A stretch of DNA of 63,734 nucleotides, the filler included, from Reclinomonas americana ATCC 50394 (lineage: Eukaryota): assembly GCA_048213135.1 (NCBI GenBank). It is 28 parts of 28 records of this genome, joined end to end, with 100 filler letters (N's around TTAATTAATTAA, not from the genome) between each part and the next. Parts side by side here need not be neighbours in the genome. Positions count along the whole stretch, not along the records: positions 23,416 to 25,045 come from AFZH01024819.1; positions 25,146 to 26,192 come from AFZH01024820.1; positions 26,293 to 28,403 come from AFZH01024822.1; positions 28,504 to 31,148 come from AFZH01024823.1; positions 31,249 to 33,880 come from AFZH01024824.1; positions 33,981 to 36,611 come from AFZH01024825.1; 22 more parts are not named here. One strand, 5' to 3'. A program made the translations under genes and the position numbers. This document shows, in pieces, positions 23,461 through 34,282 of the stretch (position 1 is the stretch's first letter; every line of letters starts with the position of its first letter). The notes below the pieces were generated by a model that had not been told where the DNA came from, ran no database searches, and saw only the letters and a list, made by a program, of their open reading frames with translations.

Positions 23461-25045
23461 GCTATCTGGCGTACTACGTGCACCAGACCAATGCCCTGTC
23501 GATGGACGGGCAACGCACGTTGACGAGCAAGGCGTGGGCATCGGATGTGGTGACCAAGAACAGCTCGATTGTTGCGTGCTTGTTTGAACCCTTCGCTCTT
23601 GCGCTTCCCCCAGACACTTGTTTATTGTCGTCCGCGACGTACAGTCCGTAAGTGTATCGTCCGCATCTCAATTTGCGTCAGTACCGGCCGTTCCAGTGGC
23701 CGTCACTGGTGTAATGTCGATGCGCCAGTCGGCTGCCGGCAATGATGGACGCGTTCGCGGCGACAATTTTTCAGTGACAAGCAACGCTGCCTCGCGCGCA
23801 AGTTTTGTCCTCAAGGGAACGGTGAGCGGCGACTCTCGCATCAAGGCGGTGTCTGTGCGCTTTGCTGTGGCACCGACGCGCCCCGACAACACCAACAACA
23901 GCGGATTTGTGATGCTATCGGGTGGTACGTTTATCCTGTCCGTTTGGTTGGCATATAGTCAAAGTTTGTTGAACCCTTCGTGTGGCGTAGAGACGACGCA
24001 CACCGGCATCACGGCGACGCAGACAGTCAGTTTGGTGACAGCGTCTACTCCTGTTGGACTGCTGCGTGCCACCATCAGCGTACAGCTGTTTCTGCGTGGG
24101 TGGAAGTCGGCTTCAGTGATTGTGCAGAATCACATCGATCAACAGTCGCTCCAGTTCACCATCAAGCGCCTCGGCAGCGAGGACTATGTGACGGCGATCT
24201 CGTTCAGCGCCAGCGGGGCGGCGACTTGGACATTGTGAACGTGACGTGGGTGGCGATTGGTCGTGCATCGCAAGGCGCGCCAATCTCGTGCCCTACCGGC
24301 TACAGCGGCTCCAACTGCGGCGTCTGCACGCTGCCAGACGGCACAACGTCGTGCTCACTGAACCTTCGTGCGGTGCTGAGCTGTGTAGCAAGCTCCACTC
24401 AGATTGTTGCCGAATGTGCCGAGGGTCGCGAGTGCGTCGAGGCAAACGGCGTGGCACAGTGCGGATGCTCGGCACTTGGTACTGGATGCTTGAGTGGCGC
24501 TTTCTGCTGCTCCGGCAATTGCGATGCTGGTCTGTGTGTGTCAGCGTGCAGTCCGACCACCACGTGCTCTGGACACGGGATGTGCAACACCAACGGCACA
24601 TGCCAGTGTGACGCTGACTACTACGGTGCGTCGTGCGACGTGAACTGCGTGGCGGCGACGACGTGCTCTGGACACGGATCGTGCAAAAGCAGCGGGTCGT
24701 GTCTGTGTGACTCTGACTACTACGGCGCATCATGCAATGTGAACTGTGTGGCGGCCACGACGTGCTCGGGTCACGGGACGTGCAAGAGAAATGGCACGTG
24801 TCTGTGCTCTGGCGACTACACCAATGCCAGCTGCAACTGCAGTCCCAGTACCACGTGCTCTGGTCATGGCACATGCAACACCAATGGTACCTGTACGTGC
24901 GCTGCCGATTACTACGGCACATCGTGCAATGTGAACTGTGTGGCGGCAACGACGTGCTCTGGACACGGCACGTGCAACACGACGACTGGGGCGTGTGACT
25001 GCACTGGCGACTACACCAATGCCAGCTGCAACTGCAGTCCATCGG
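23461..25045 (+). CDS. EGF/laminin-type Cys-repeat protein with N-terminal beta domains, partial; apparent frameshift at 24215-24218
   Basis: Repeated CSGHGTC..GTC.C..DYYG.SC units; spliced upstream exons end in VTWVAIG. Confidence 0.8.
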
Positions 25046-25145
25046 NNNNNNNNNNNNNNNNNNNNNNNNNNNNNNNNNNNNNNNNNNNNTTAATTAATTA
25101 ANNNNNNNNNNNNNNNNNNNNNNNNNNNNNNNNNNNNNNNNNNNN

Positions 25146-26192
25146 ACTTGTCTGTGCACTGGCGACTACACCAATGCCAGCTGCAACTGCAGTCCCAGCA
25201 CGACGTGCTCTGGTCACGGAACATGCAACGCCAATGGCAGTTGCGCATGCGCTGCCGACTACTATGGCGCATCATGCAACGTGAATTGCGTGGCGGCGAC
25301 GACGTGCTCCGGACATGGCACGTGCAACACGACAACGGGAGCGTGTGACTGCACTGGTGATTTCACCAACGCCAGCTGCAACTGCAGTCCGTCGGCGACG
25401 TGCTCGGGTCACGGGACGTGCAAGAGTGACGGCACGTGTCTGTGCACGGGCGACTACACGAATGCCAGCTGCAACTGCAGTCCATCGGCGACGTGCTCGA
25501 GTCACGGGACGTGCAAAAGTGACGGCACTTGTCAGTGCGCGAGCGGCTACACGAATGCCAGTTGCAACTGCAGTCCATCGGTGACGTGCTCTGGCCACGG
25601 CACATGCAGTACAAATGGTACTTGCTCGTGCAATGCCAACTTTTTCGGGTCATCGTGCAATGTGAACTGTGTGGCGGCGACAACGTGCTCTGGACATGGC
25701 AATTGTAACTCAACAACCGGTGCGTGTGACTGCACTGGTGATTTCACCAACGCCAGCTGCAACTGCAGCCCCGCCATCACATGCTCTGGACATGGTACTT
25801 GTGGTGCAAACGGAACATGCACCTGCACAAGTCCATGCAGTGGTAAGTACTGTTGTTTCTTCGCGGTCGTATTCGTTCTCTCTCTGTGTCTGTGTGCTAA
25901 TCATGCTCTTTTGAACAGGAACGTCGTGCTTGACAAGCTCTTTAGTTGCCACGCTCGGGTATGTTGGCAACTGGGCGGCGGTTGCCTCCAGTGACGACGG
26001 CACCGAGCTGGTGGCTGTGGTGCAGAACGGCCAAATCTACACCTCCACTGACTCTGGCGTAACGTGGGCGGCGCGAGATTCCAGTCGCAACTGGAGCGGA
26101 GTGGCATCCAGCAGTAATGGCACGTTGGTGGTGGCCAGTGTTAGTGGTGGCCAGCTGTACACCTCCACGGACTCTGGAGTGACGTGGACGGC
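25146..26192 (+). CDS. EGF-repeat protein continuing into Asp-box/BNR repeats, partial; probably the same gene as the previous contig
   Basis: Same EGF unit sequence as the previous contig; after an intron come two YTSTDSGVTW Asp-boxes. Confidence 0.8.
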
Positions 26193-26292
26193 NNNNNNNN
26201 NNNNNNNNNNNNNNNNNNNNNNNNNNNNNNNNNNNNTTAATTAATTAANNNNNNNNNNNNNNNNNNNNNNNNNNNNNNNNNNNNNNNNNNNN

Positions 26293-26828
26293 CTGCGCAG
26301 CGCGACGATGAAGGGCAGCTGCACCGGCCCGGAGAGCCAGTCCGGCGTCGTCACCTGGAAGGTGTCGCCGCCATAGCCCCAGAGCAAGAGGTCGGCGACG
26401 ATGATCGAAAGCCCGATCGTGACCAGCGTCTGGCGCAGGTCCTGGCCTTCCATCCAGCGAAAGAGCAGTACCTGCATCAGGATGCCGGCAAGCGCGACGA
26501 TGACGAAGGCGCCGATCAGCGCGGCGAACCAGGACCCCGTCAGGTTGCCGATGCTGTAGCCGACATAGCCGCCGAACAGATAGAGCGAGCCATGCGCCAG
26601 GTTGACGTTGCGCATCAGGCCGAAGATCAGCGTGAAGCCGCTGGCGACGAGGAAATAGAGCCCGCCGAGCGTGATGCCGTTGAAGAGCGCGCTCAGGAAG
26701 ACGCGCTTGCGGCCGAAGGTCAGCTCCATCCACGGCGTCCAGACCGCGAAGATCAGGAAGGCGAGGAGGGCGATCGCGATCAGGATCACCAGCGACCAGA
26801 CCGGGCGGCGGGCGATGAAGTCAGACAT
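26293..26828 (-). CDS. Branched-chain amino acid ABC transporter permease (LivH-like), 3' partial
   Basis: NGITLGGLYFLVASGFTLIFGLMRNVNLAHG motif. Confidence 0.92.
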
Positions 26829-27675
26829 GGCTCGCCTGCGCTTGCGGGAGGCTAACGGTGCGCAGCACCCGCCGGTAATCGCGCGGCGCCATGCCGACAT
26901 GGGCGGTGAAGAAGCGCGTGAACACGCTCTGGCCGGAAAAGCCGAGGCGGTGGCTGATGCTGGTCACCGGGTCGTTCGACAGCACGATCCTCTCGAGCGC
27001 TGCGTCGATCCGGGCGGTATTGGCGAAGATGGTCGGCGTGACTCCGACCTGTTGCCGGAAGAGCTTGAAGAAATGGGCGCGCGATAGCCCCGCCTCGCGG
27101 GCGATCTGGGCGAGCGCGCCTTCGGACGAGGTATGCTGCTCCAGCAGTCGGCAGGCACGCAGTACCCGCCGGTCGAGGGCGCCTGCCGAGGTGTCATGCA
27201 ACAGCGAGGAGACGAGCTCGGGCCCGATCGGTTCGCTGGAGGCCTGCGCCAGCGCCATCAGCACCGGGGCGAGGTTGAGATCGCGATGCTGCGACAGCAA
27301 CATCTCGACCGCCTGATCGCGCCAGGCGGCGAGCTCGCGGGTCAGGACCAGCTCGGATGACGGGAAGACCAGCGAACCGGCCGACGGCATGGCCTGCGCC
27401 GCCAGCCATTCCGGCTTGAGATAGATGACGAGGAACAGGCCGAAGGACCCCGGCTGCTCCGGCTGGAAATTATGCGGTTCCCAGGGGTTGATCGCGACGC
27501 CCATGAACGGATCGACCCGGACCGTGTGGTCATTGACGGTCACGAGGCCGCGCGACCCGTCGAGGAAGAAGATCAGGTGAGCTTCGCGATGGGCATGCAC
27601 CACCATCGGGCGATCGAGGTCGTAGATCGACACCCGTCCGAACGGACCGTGGCAAACCGCGACTGCGCGACTCAT
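26821..27675 (-). CDS. AraC family transcriptional regulator
   Basis: Cupin-like HAH...H N-terminus; LAQIAREAGLSRAHFFKLF and LGFSGQSVFTRFF...GMAPRDYR helix-turn-helix motifs. Confidence 0.92.
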   Translation of the reverse strand: MSRAVAVCHGPFGRVSIYDLDRPMVVHAHREAHLIFFLDGSRGLVTVNDHTVRVDPFMGVAINPWEPHNFQPEQPGSFGLFLVIYLKPEWLAAQAMPSAGSLVFPSSELVLTRELAAWRDQAVEMLLSQHRDLNLAPVLMALAQASSEPIGPELVSSLLHDTSAGALDRRVLRACRLLEQHTSSEGALAQIAREAGLSRAHFFKLFRQQVGVTPTIFANTARIDAALERIVLSNDPVTSISHRLGFSGQSVFTRFFTAHVGMAPRDYRRVLRTVSLPQAQASHV

Positions 27676-27844
27676 GGCTCCTCGCGTGGCAAGGTCCGGT
27701 GGGCCCGAGGCTGCCTCATCAGGTGAGCCTTGGCCCGACGCCGCACCCAAGAAGTGCGCGACGTCGTTGACCGGAGCGGGACGGCTGGCCGGACAGGACA
27801 CGATCCTCGTCGTGCCTGTCCGGGGAGTCAGTCGGTACGAACGA

Positions 27845-28403
27845 CTAAGGCTTGCATTCCGGATTGGTCCGGGAGGGCAGCCCCACCGCCTTGAAGGCGT
27901 CCGCGGACAGCCCCATCGTCTTCGAGACATTCGGGACGGTGCGGACGAACTTGTTGGTGAGCTCGCCGTTCGGCGCCTCGACGACTTCGGTGATGAAGGT
28001 CGTCGCGATCGCCTGCCTGTCGTCGTCGAGCTTGATCGGCCCGTTCGGGGCATCGAGCTCGACCTTGGCGAGTTCCGCCCGGAACTTCGCGCCGCCATCG
28101 GAGAGGTCTGCGTTGACCTTCTCCAGGCCCGTCGCCATGCCATTGAAGGCATTGTAGTAATTGGTCGCGAACAGCGAGGGGCTGGCGAAGCGCTTATCCG
28201 CCGGGAAGGCGTCCTGATAGGCCTTGACCCAGGCCTTCCATTTCGGATCGTCCCAGGCATCGGCGACACCGCCCGAGGAAGGCGTGCCGACGAGCAGCTT
28301 CTTGGCGGCGCCGCGCGAGGACAGCACGGTCTGGTCGACCATGATCGAGCCGCCGACGAACTTCGCCTTGCCGCCGGTCTGGCCGTACTGGTTGAGGAAG
28401 TTG
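27845..28403 (-). CDS. ABC transporter substrate-binding protein (Leu/Ile/Val-binding family), 3' part
   Basis: LDAPNGPIKLDDDRQAI C-terminal signature; lies upstream of a LivH-like gene. Confidence 0.85.
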
Positions 28404-28503
28404 NNNNNNNNNNNNNNNNNNNNNNNNNNNNNNNNNNNNNNNNNNNNTTAATTAATTAANNNNNNNNNNNNNNNNNNNNNNNNNNNNNNNNNNNNNNNNN
28501 NNN

Positions 28504-29235
28504 TTGCGCTCGATCATCATGCAGCAGAAGCAGAAGCAGGGCGGTGGCAAGGGTGACGACGACGACGACGACGATGACGATGAGGAGGCTGAGTTGAGTA
28601 GCGGCGCGAGATCCGCTGCCGGCGGCAGCTCGTCGTCGTCGGGACCGCAGTTCGACTCGCTGCCCGAGCATCCAGTGCACGCCGGCTGCACGTCGGTGGT
28701 GGCGGCCGTGGTGGGCCAGACGCTGTTTGTGGCCAATGCTGGCGACTCTCGTGCGGTGCTGTCGAGGGCCGGTCAGGCGGTGGCGCTCTCGGAGGATCAC
28801 AAGCCAGAGGATGAGCCGGAGAGACGACGAATTGTGGCGGCCGGTGGCTTTGTGACGGCAGTTGGCCGTGTCAACGGATCGCTCAATCTGAGCCGCGCCA
28901 TTGGCGACCTCAAGTACAAGGTCAACAAGTCGCTGCCGGCGGAGCGCCAGATTATTAGCGCCGAGCCGGATGTGCGATCGCACCAGCTGACGCCCGAGGA
29001 CGAATTCCTGGTGCTGGCCTGCGACGGCATCTGGGACGTGAAGACGAACCAGGAGGTTGTCACGTATGTGCGCGAGCGGCTGATCGAGAGGCCGCAGCGG
29101 ACCGGCGAGCCGGCCCCGAAGCTGTCGGATATTGCTGCGGAGCTGGAGGACGAATGCTGCGCACCCGACACGCGCTCCAACGGCGGACTCGGCACCGACA
29201 ACATGACGGTGGTGATTGTCGATTTGCGCCGATAA
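28504..29235 (+). CDS. Protein phosphatase 2C (PPM1G-like, acidic insert), 3' part
   Basis: GCT, ANAGDSR, DHKP, LNLSRAIGD, LACDGIWD and DNMT motifs. Confidence 0.95.
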   Translation: MRSIIMQQKQKQGGGKGDDDDDDDDDEEAELSSGARSAAGGSSSSSGPQFDSLPEHPVHAGCTSVVAAVVGQTLFVANAGDSRAVLSRAGQAVALSEDHKPEDEPERRRIVAAGGFVTAVGRVNGSLNLSRAIGDLKYKVNKSLPAERQIISAEPDVRSHQLTPEDEFLVLACDGIWDVKTNQEVVTYVRERLIERPQRTGEPAPKLSDIAAELEDECCAPDTRSNGGLGTDNMTVVIVDLRR

Positions 29236-29389
29236 AGAAATGCGAGGCTCGGCCGCGTGCAGCACAGGCAACGATGAAGAGGCAGCGAAGGGGTGAGGGG
29301 GGAGAGAGTGTGTGAGATGAATGAAGGGGCTGTTGTACGCGGCGAACAAGAAAGAAAAAACAAACGCGCTGTGTTCATTAAATTAGCAA

Positions 29390-30151
29390 TCACCTGCCCG
29401 CGATCAGCAGTGGCCTCTTGGCCTCGTCGGCACCGTTCCCGTTGGTGTGACCGTTGCCGCTTGCCTCGTCACTATAAAACTCGTCGCTGTCGCCATCGTC
29501 GTCATCGCTGCCGTCGCTAAAGACGACATTGTTGCCGCCGTGCCCACTGCTACTGACAATCGTCGCCAACTCCACATCCGGCGTGTCTTGCCGCCGCCGC
29601 TCACGTGGCACCGCTCCACCGTACACCACATGCAACACCAACGCCAACAGCAGCGCGCTCAAGCGCCACGTCAACAGCGGGCAGAACAGCACGTTCGAGT
29701 CGCACACATTCATCTCCGTGGCCGCCAGCGGCACATTCAGCACGCAGTACAGCGCCAGAAACACGTCCACAGTCCACCCACTGGCCGTGGTGCCACCACT
29801 CATGGAGAAGAAGGTGGCACGCTGCCAGCACAAGATCGCCACCACCGACACCCCCGACATCATCATGAAGCAGCCGGCGACGCGGAACGCCGCCCATGTG
29901 GCATTGATCAGGGGCCCGTTGAGGGCCAGATAGTACTGCATGTCGTCCATGCTGTGGCTGGGGTCGAACAGGCGATGAGGGTGCTGGGTGAGCACCATCC
30001 ACGTGCCCTGCCAAGCCCGCACAATGTGAGAGATTGAAGACGACGCTCGTGCACGAACGCGCCACGCAACAGTGCAGGCGTCGTAGAGGGCCACGAGCAG
30101 CACCAGGACGAGGCTGAGCAGACGCGCAACGTGTGGTCTTCGCGCGCACAT
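29390..30151 (-). CDS. Multi-pass membrane protein, paralog A; intron 30070-30008
   Basis: About 4 hydrophobic segments; NVPL..VCD...C motif; acidic tail ending in KRPLLI. Confidence 0.65.
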   Translation of the reverse strand: MCARRPHVARLLSLVLVLLVALYDACTVAWRVRARASSSISHIVRAWQGTWMVLTQHPHRLFDPSHSMDDMQYYLALNGPLINATWAAFRVAGCFMMMSGVSVVAILCWQRATFFSMSGGTTASGWTVDVFLALYCVLNVPLAATEMNVCDSNVLFCPLLTWRLSALLLALVLHVVYGGAVPRERRRQDTPDVELATIVSSSGHGGNNVVFSDGSDDDDGDSDEFYSDEASGNGHTNGNGADEAKRPLLIAGR

Positions 30152-30200
30152 CGTCCGTCGCTCGATCGTCTGTGTCCTGCACAGAGAGTTCGAGTGATTG

Positions 30201-30947
30201 ATGAGTGTGCGCGCAGTGTGTGCTCGCCTCAGCATCGCGCTGCTGCTTGGCGGTCTCGGGGCACACGACATATGGAAGGCACGTGTGCAGGCAGGCGGGC
30301 AGTTGCGGCACCACACAACTCACCTCTCGCCGTGCAGGGAGCCAAGTACGCACACAGTGACCGACCGTTCCTGGTCGACGGGCTCGTCTCCCAGTACGCG
30401 ATCCTGCGGTGGGAGCACGACAGCAACGGCAGCATCCCGCACGCCATCATCATGCTCTTTCGGTGGATGGGCTGGCACGGGATCATTGTCGGCGCGGTAT
30501 GTGTGTTTTGTGCGGCACTGGTGGCGCTCGCCGAGCTGCTGCGCCTGCACACGCCTGATGTCGTGCATCTGCACTGGCGACGGCGACACGCGGACGACAT
30601 GCTCAAGTGGGCGTTGCCGGTGCTGACGCTGGTGAATGTGCCGCTGTCGTTCATCAACTGGTCGGTGTGCGATGTCATGCAGTGGAACTGCGATGCCATG
30701 TTTGGTGAGTGAGTTGCGCGGGGGAGGCTGGCGTGGAGGGGAGAGGCGAGTGCTCACGCTCTTTGCAGTGCGCACCGTGGTCTGCTTGCTGGCGTATGTG
30801 TTGCATACGGTGGGTGGCAGTGGCGAGGAGTCAGCTGCTGGTGCACCAGCACTGCGACGACGACGAGATAAGCACTCGCGTGACGGCAGTGCAGGAGCAA
30901 ATGGCGGTAGCGGTGGACCGGAGATGCATGCAGCGCTCATCTCATAG
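30201..30947 (+). CDS. Multi-pass membrane protein, paralog B; 2 introns
   Basis: NVPLSFINWSVCD...C..LLAYVLHTVGG aligns with paralog A. Confidence 0.6.
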
Positions 30948-31248
30948 GCACGTTAAACAACAGCAGCAATGTACATACACTCTCTCTCAGTGATGGAAGG
31001 AGAAGAAGAGCGCGAGGAGATGGGTGGCCAGGGCCATGATGGTGACTGGGAAATGACTGCACGGCCGTCGAGAGTGAGAAGTGAGGCGTTGAGAGGAAGA
31101 GGAAGCCCCCGCAACTTCATGTTCTGCATCATCACGAGACCGCTGATTNNNNNNNNNNNNNNNNNNNNNNNNNNNNNNNNNNNNNNNNNNNNTTAATTAA
31201 TTAANNNNNNNNNNNNNNNNNNNNNNNNNNNNNNNNNNNNNNNNNNNN

Positions 31249-33880
31249 CGGTCTCCGGGTGCTCTTGCTCGGCCGCCAGTTGCCGTGGAGTTCGCCCGCC
31301 GCTGTCGCATTGCACAAACATGTCCGGATAGAGGCCAATCAGGAGTTCGCACGCCTCGTTGCGGCCCCAGTACGCACACTGCACGCGGTCAATGTCAGTG
31401 GCAAACACAGAAACGACACCGCAAGTGAACTCCGCACCGCATGAGCAAGCGTACGACCACGGCAATCCATGCTCATCGCCACCTCACGAGTCACCATGCC
31501 GAGCAGCGTAGACTGCATGGAGCGGTCAAAAACTAGACACGAGCGGCAAGCACAGCAAGAGACACGGCGCACCAACACTGTATGATGCCCGTGCGACGCC
31601 AGAATGTGCAGCACAGTTCGCTTTTGTGTGTCGACGCGCGTCAAAGCGTGAGGGCTCTCTTTGAGGAGGTCCAGCAGGATTTCCGGATGCTTGCATGAAG
31701 CTGTCATGTGCAACGGCGTCCGACCGCGTCCGTCCGGCAGCTGGTCATCACAAGAGCAGTCAGCATAAGCACGTGCAGCGCGGTGATTACACAGACACAC
31801 ACCTCCAGCGACTCGGGCCACCATCGCAAGATGGACACCAGCATGTCGATGGAGCGAGCCGAGGCTGTCGCCTTGTGCATCACTGTCTGGTGACCCACAT
31901 CGGTTGCCTGCAACAACTGTGGCCTCTGCTCGTACAACCACGTCAACCTGTACGACGGGAATGAACAACAACATGCGCACAGGAAACGCAAACAGAAGCA
32001 CGGTCAACGCAACACTGGCAGGTGGCCCCACGAAGCCGCAATGTGGAACGCCGTCCGCCCCTTCTTGTCGCGCGCCTCGACCAGCTCAGGCCGGTGGCGT
32101 ACAAGCGCCTTGCACGCCTCCAAGTGACCCCAAGACTGCAGGTGGATGGATGGTCACTCGTCAAGGGGAGAGAGACGGAGAGGAAAAAAAGAGAGTGATT
32201 GACACGCAACAGCAGCATGATGAAGGTGCGAGCGACCATGCTCGTCCCTCAAGTCCGCTTGCTCTGGATAGTGGGTGAGAAGCATCTCGACCACGTTTGT
32301 ACTGTGCTCGATGTGAGCGACACCATACGCACGGTCGGGGGGAAGGAGAGGAGAGGAGATCACAGTCACACGCACCGACCCCAGCACGCGGCAGTGGACA
32401 GTGGAATGCGACCACTCTCATCCTTGGTCAGCAACAGCGACGGGAACCGCTGTGCCAGTGATTCCACCATCTCTGCGTTGCCCCAGCTGGCCGCCACTGC
32501 CAGCACCGACTGATCCTTGCCGTCCATCAAATCTACCAGGTTCGGTTGCGAGTCCAGAATAGCATCAACGACCTGGAACAACAAAAAAAACATGAGACAA
32601 CAACGATGGTGGTGTGGAGGCGGTGCACAGCAGCCACCCACCGCCATGCGGTTGTGTGCAGCAGCCCAGTGTAATGGCGTCTGCAAGAGATTAGCATCGC
32701 GTTGCAACAGGAGCTCCTTGCGGTAGTGGATGAGGCGCCGTGTCATGGCAGGATGTCCGCGTTCGGCCAGCCAATGCAACGGCGTCACCTTGTCCTTGCT
32801 CTTCTCGCAGTACGTCAGATCGTTCTTGCACTCCAGCAGCAGATCAACAAAGAACGGTCGGTCCTGCTTCAGCTCGGACCAGTGCGAGAAGCACTGTCCG
32901 GCCTCCGGGAAGAGATTTAGCCACTTGACAAGCGCCGTGCTGCGATCATCCATGGCGGCACCCTCGACTGGCGCCCACTCGGCACAGCGCGCAAGCAGGC
33001 GGGAGACACGCGAGTAGCGCGCACCGGCCTCCTTCGGGGCGTGCACCGCAAACACCGAGTACAGTCCGAGAGGGAGCAGCATCTTGACCACGGTGTTGGT
33101 GGTCTGCGGACCCAAGGCCGCCGCAACATTTTGACTTGAAAACATGAACGAGCACGCATGGAACAGCAGTTCCGGCTGCAGCACACACACAAGAGTGAGA
33201 AATACACGAAGCAGTTGGCGACGGAAGGCACGCAGTCGTGTCGCACCCATTCGCGATGATACGTCCACGCTTGCTGCTCGCGATGGCGGCTGAGACCAGA
33301 GAACGGACACCACTCAGGTTGGCACTCGGCTGGGAAATCGGGTGCGTCGGAGAGCAAGTTGAACGGGTACTTGAGAATGACCGTGGAGCCGAGGGTGCCG
33401 ACTTGATCGTGCAGATTCTCCATCGTCAAGAACACCTCGTGCACTTGACTCCAGTTGATCCTCGACTCACGCCACTGTACACAAAACTGCAGCCAGAATG
33501 CCCACGCCAGCAGTCGCTGCGTATCCGCCACGCGCGTGCTGCAACAGTACGGACCAGGCTCCTCCAGCCACTCCGCAAACGACTGGTGGAAGAAACGGTA
33601 CACCGAGGGACCACCGTTTTCCTGTTGTCGTGGACCACGGAGTGAGTTGAATGGAAGCAAACGACAGAACGGCGCCAGCATCGCACCCCTTCACAGACGC
33701 GGACATACGGCTCCAGTCGCCGCAAGCGGTCGTAGAATGTGTTGGCATCCCACTCGCGCCGATCCCGAATGCGCACCGCATCGAACAGTTCCTGGTCGGT
33801 AAGTGCAAACGGCGAGCACAGCAGCAGCTCCAGAATGATCTTGACGAGATCAAAGTCGGACCGACGCGCCTGGGTGATGC
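31249..33880 (-). CDS. Ankyrin-repeat protein with an upstream STAND/NACHT-type winged-helix region, partial
   Basis: Many TPLHW/LHxAASWGH ankyrin units across GT-AG introns; FFHQSFAEWL motif upstream. Confidence 0.8.
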
Positions 33881-33980
33881 NNNNNNNNNNNNNNNNNNNN
33901 NNNNNNNNNNNNNNNNNNNNNNNNTTAATTAATTAANNNNNNNNNNNNNNNNNNNNNNNNNNNNNNNNNNNNNNNNNNNN

Positions 33981-34066
<86 letters not shown>
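33981..34066. repeat. (CA)n(GA)n microsatellite
   Basis: Read directly from the sequence. Confidence 0.95.
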
Positions 34067-34282
34067 ATGCAAGAGGAAAGAGACAAGTGGATTGAGCCCG
34101 TGATCTATCTCTTTCTTCATCTCTGTCTTTCTCTCTCACACCCACGCCCCTCTCTCTTTCCACACACACTCATCCAACATACAGACACAGGAGATTACCC
34201 TCTTCTCTCTCTCTGCCTCTTCATCTCTTTCTTTCTTTGCCTCTTCACCCTCTCCCTTCCCTCACCTTCCCTCTCTGCACAG

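Noticed and set aside
24215..24218. Frameshift or pseudogenisation of the EGF protein
   Set aside because: It falls in a G run with intact coding sequence on both sides, so it is probably a homopolymer error.
9919..28403. Horizontal transfer of bacterial operons into the eukaryote
   Set aside because: Every bacterial-eukaryotic junction is a linker; no contig contains both kinds of DNA.
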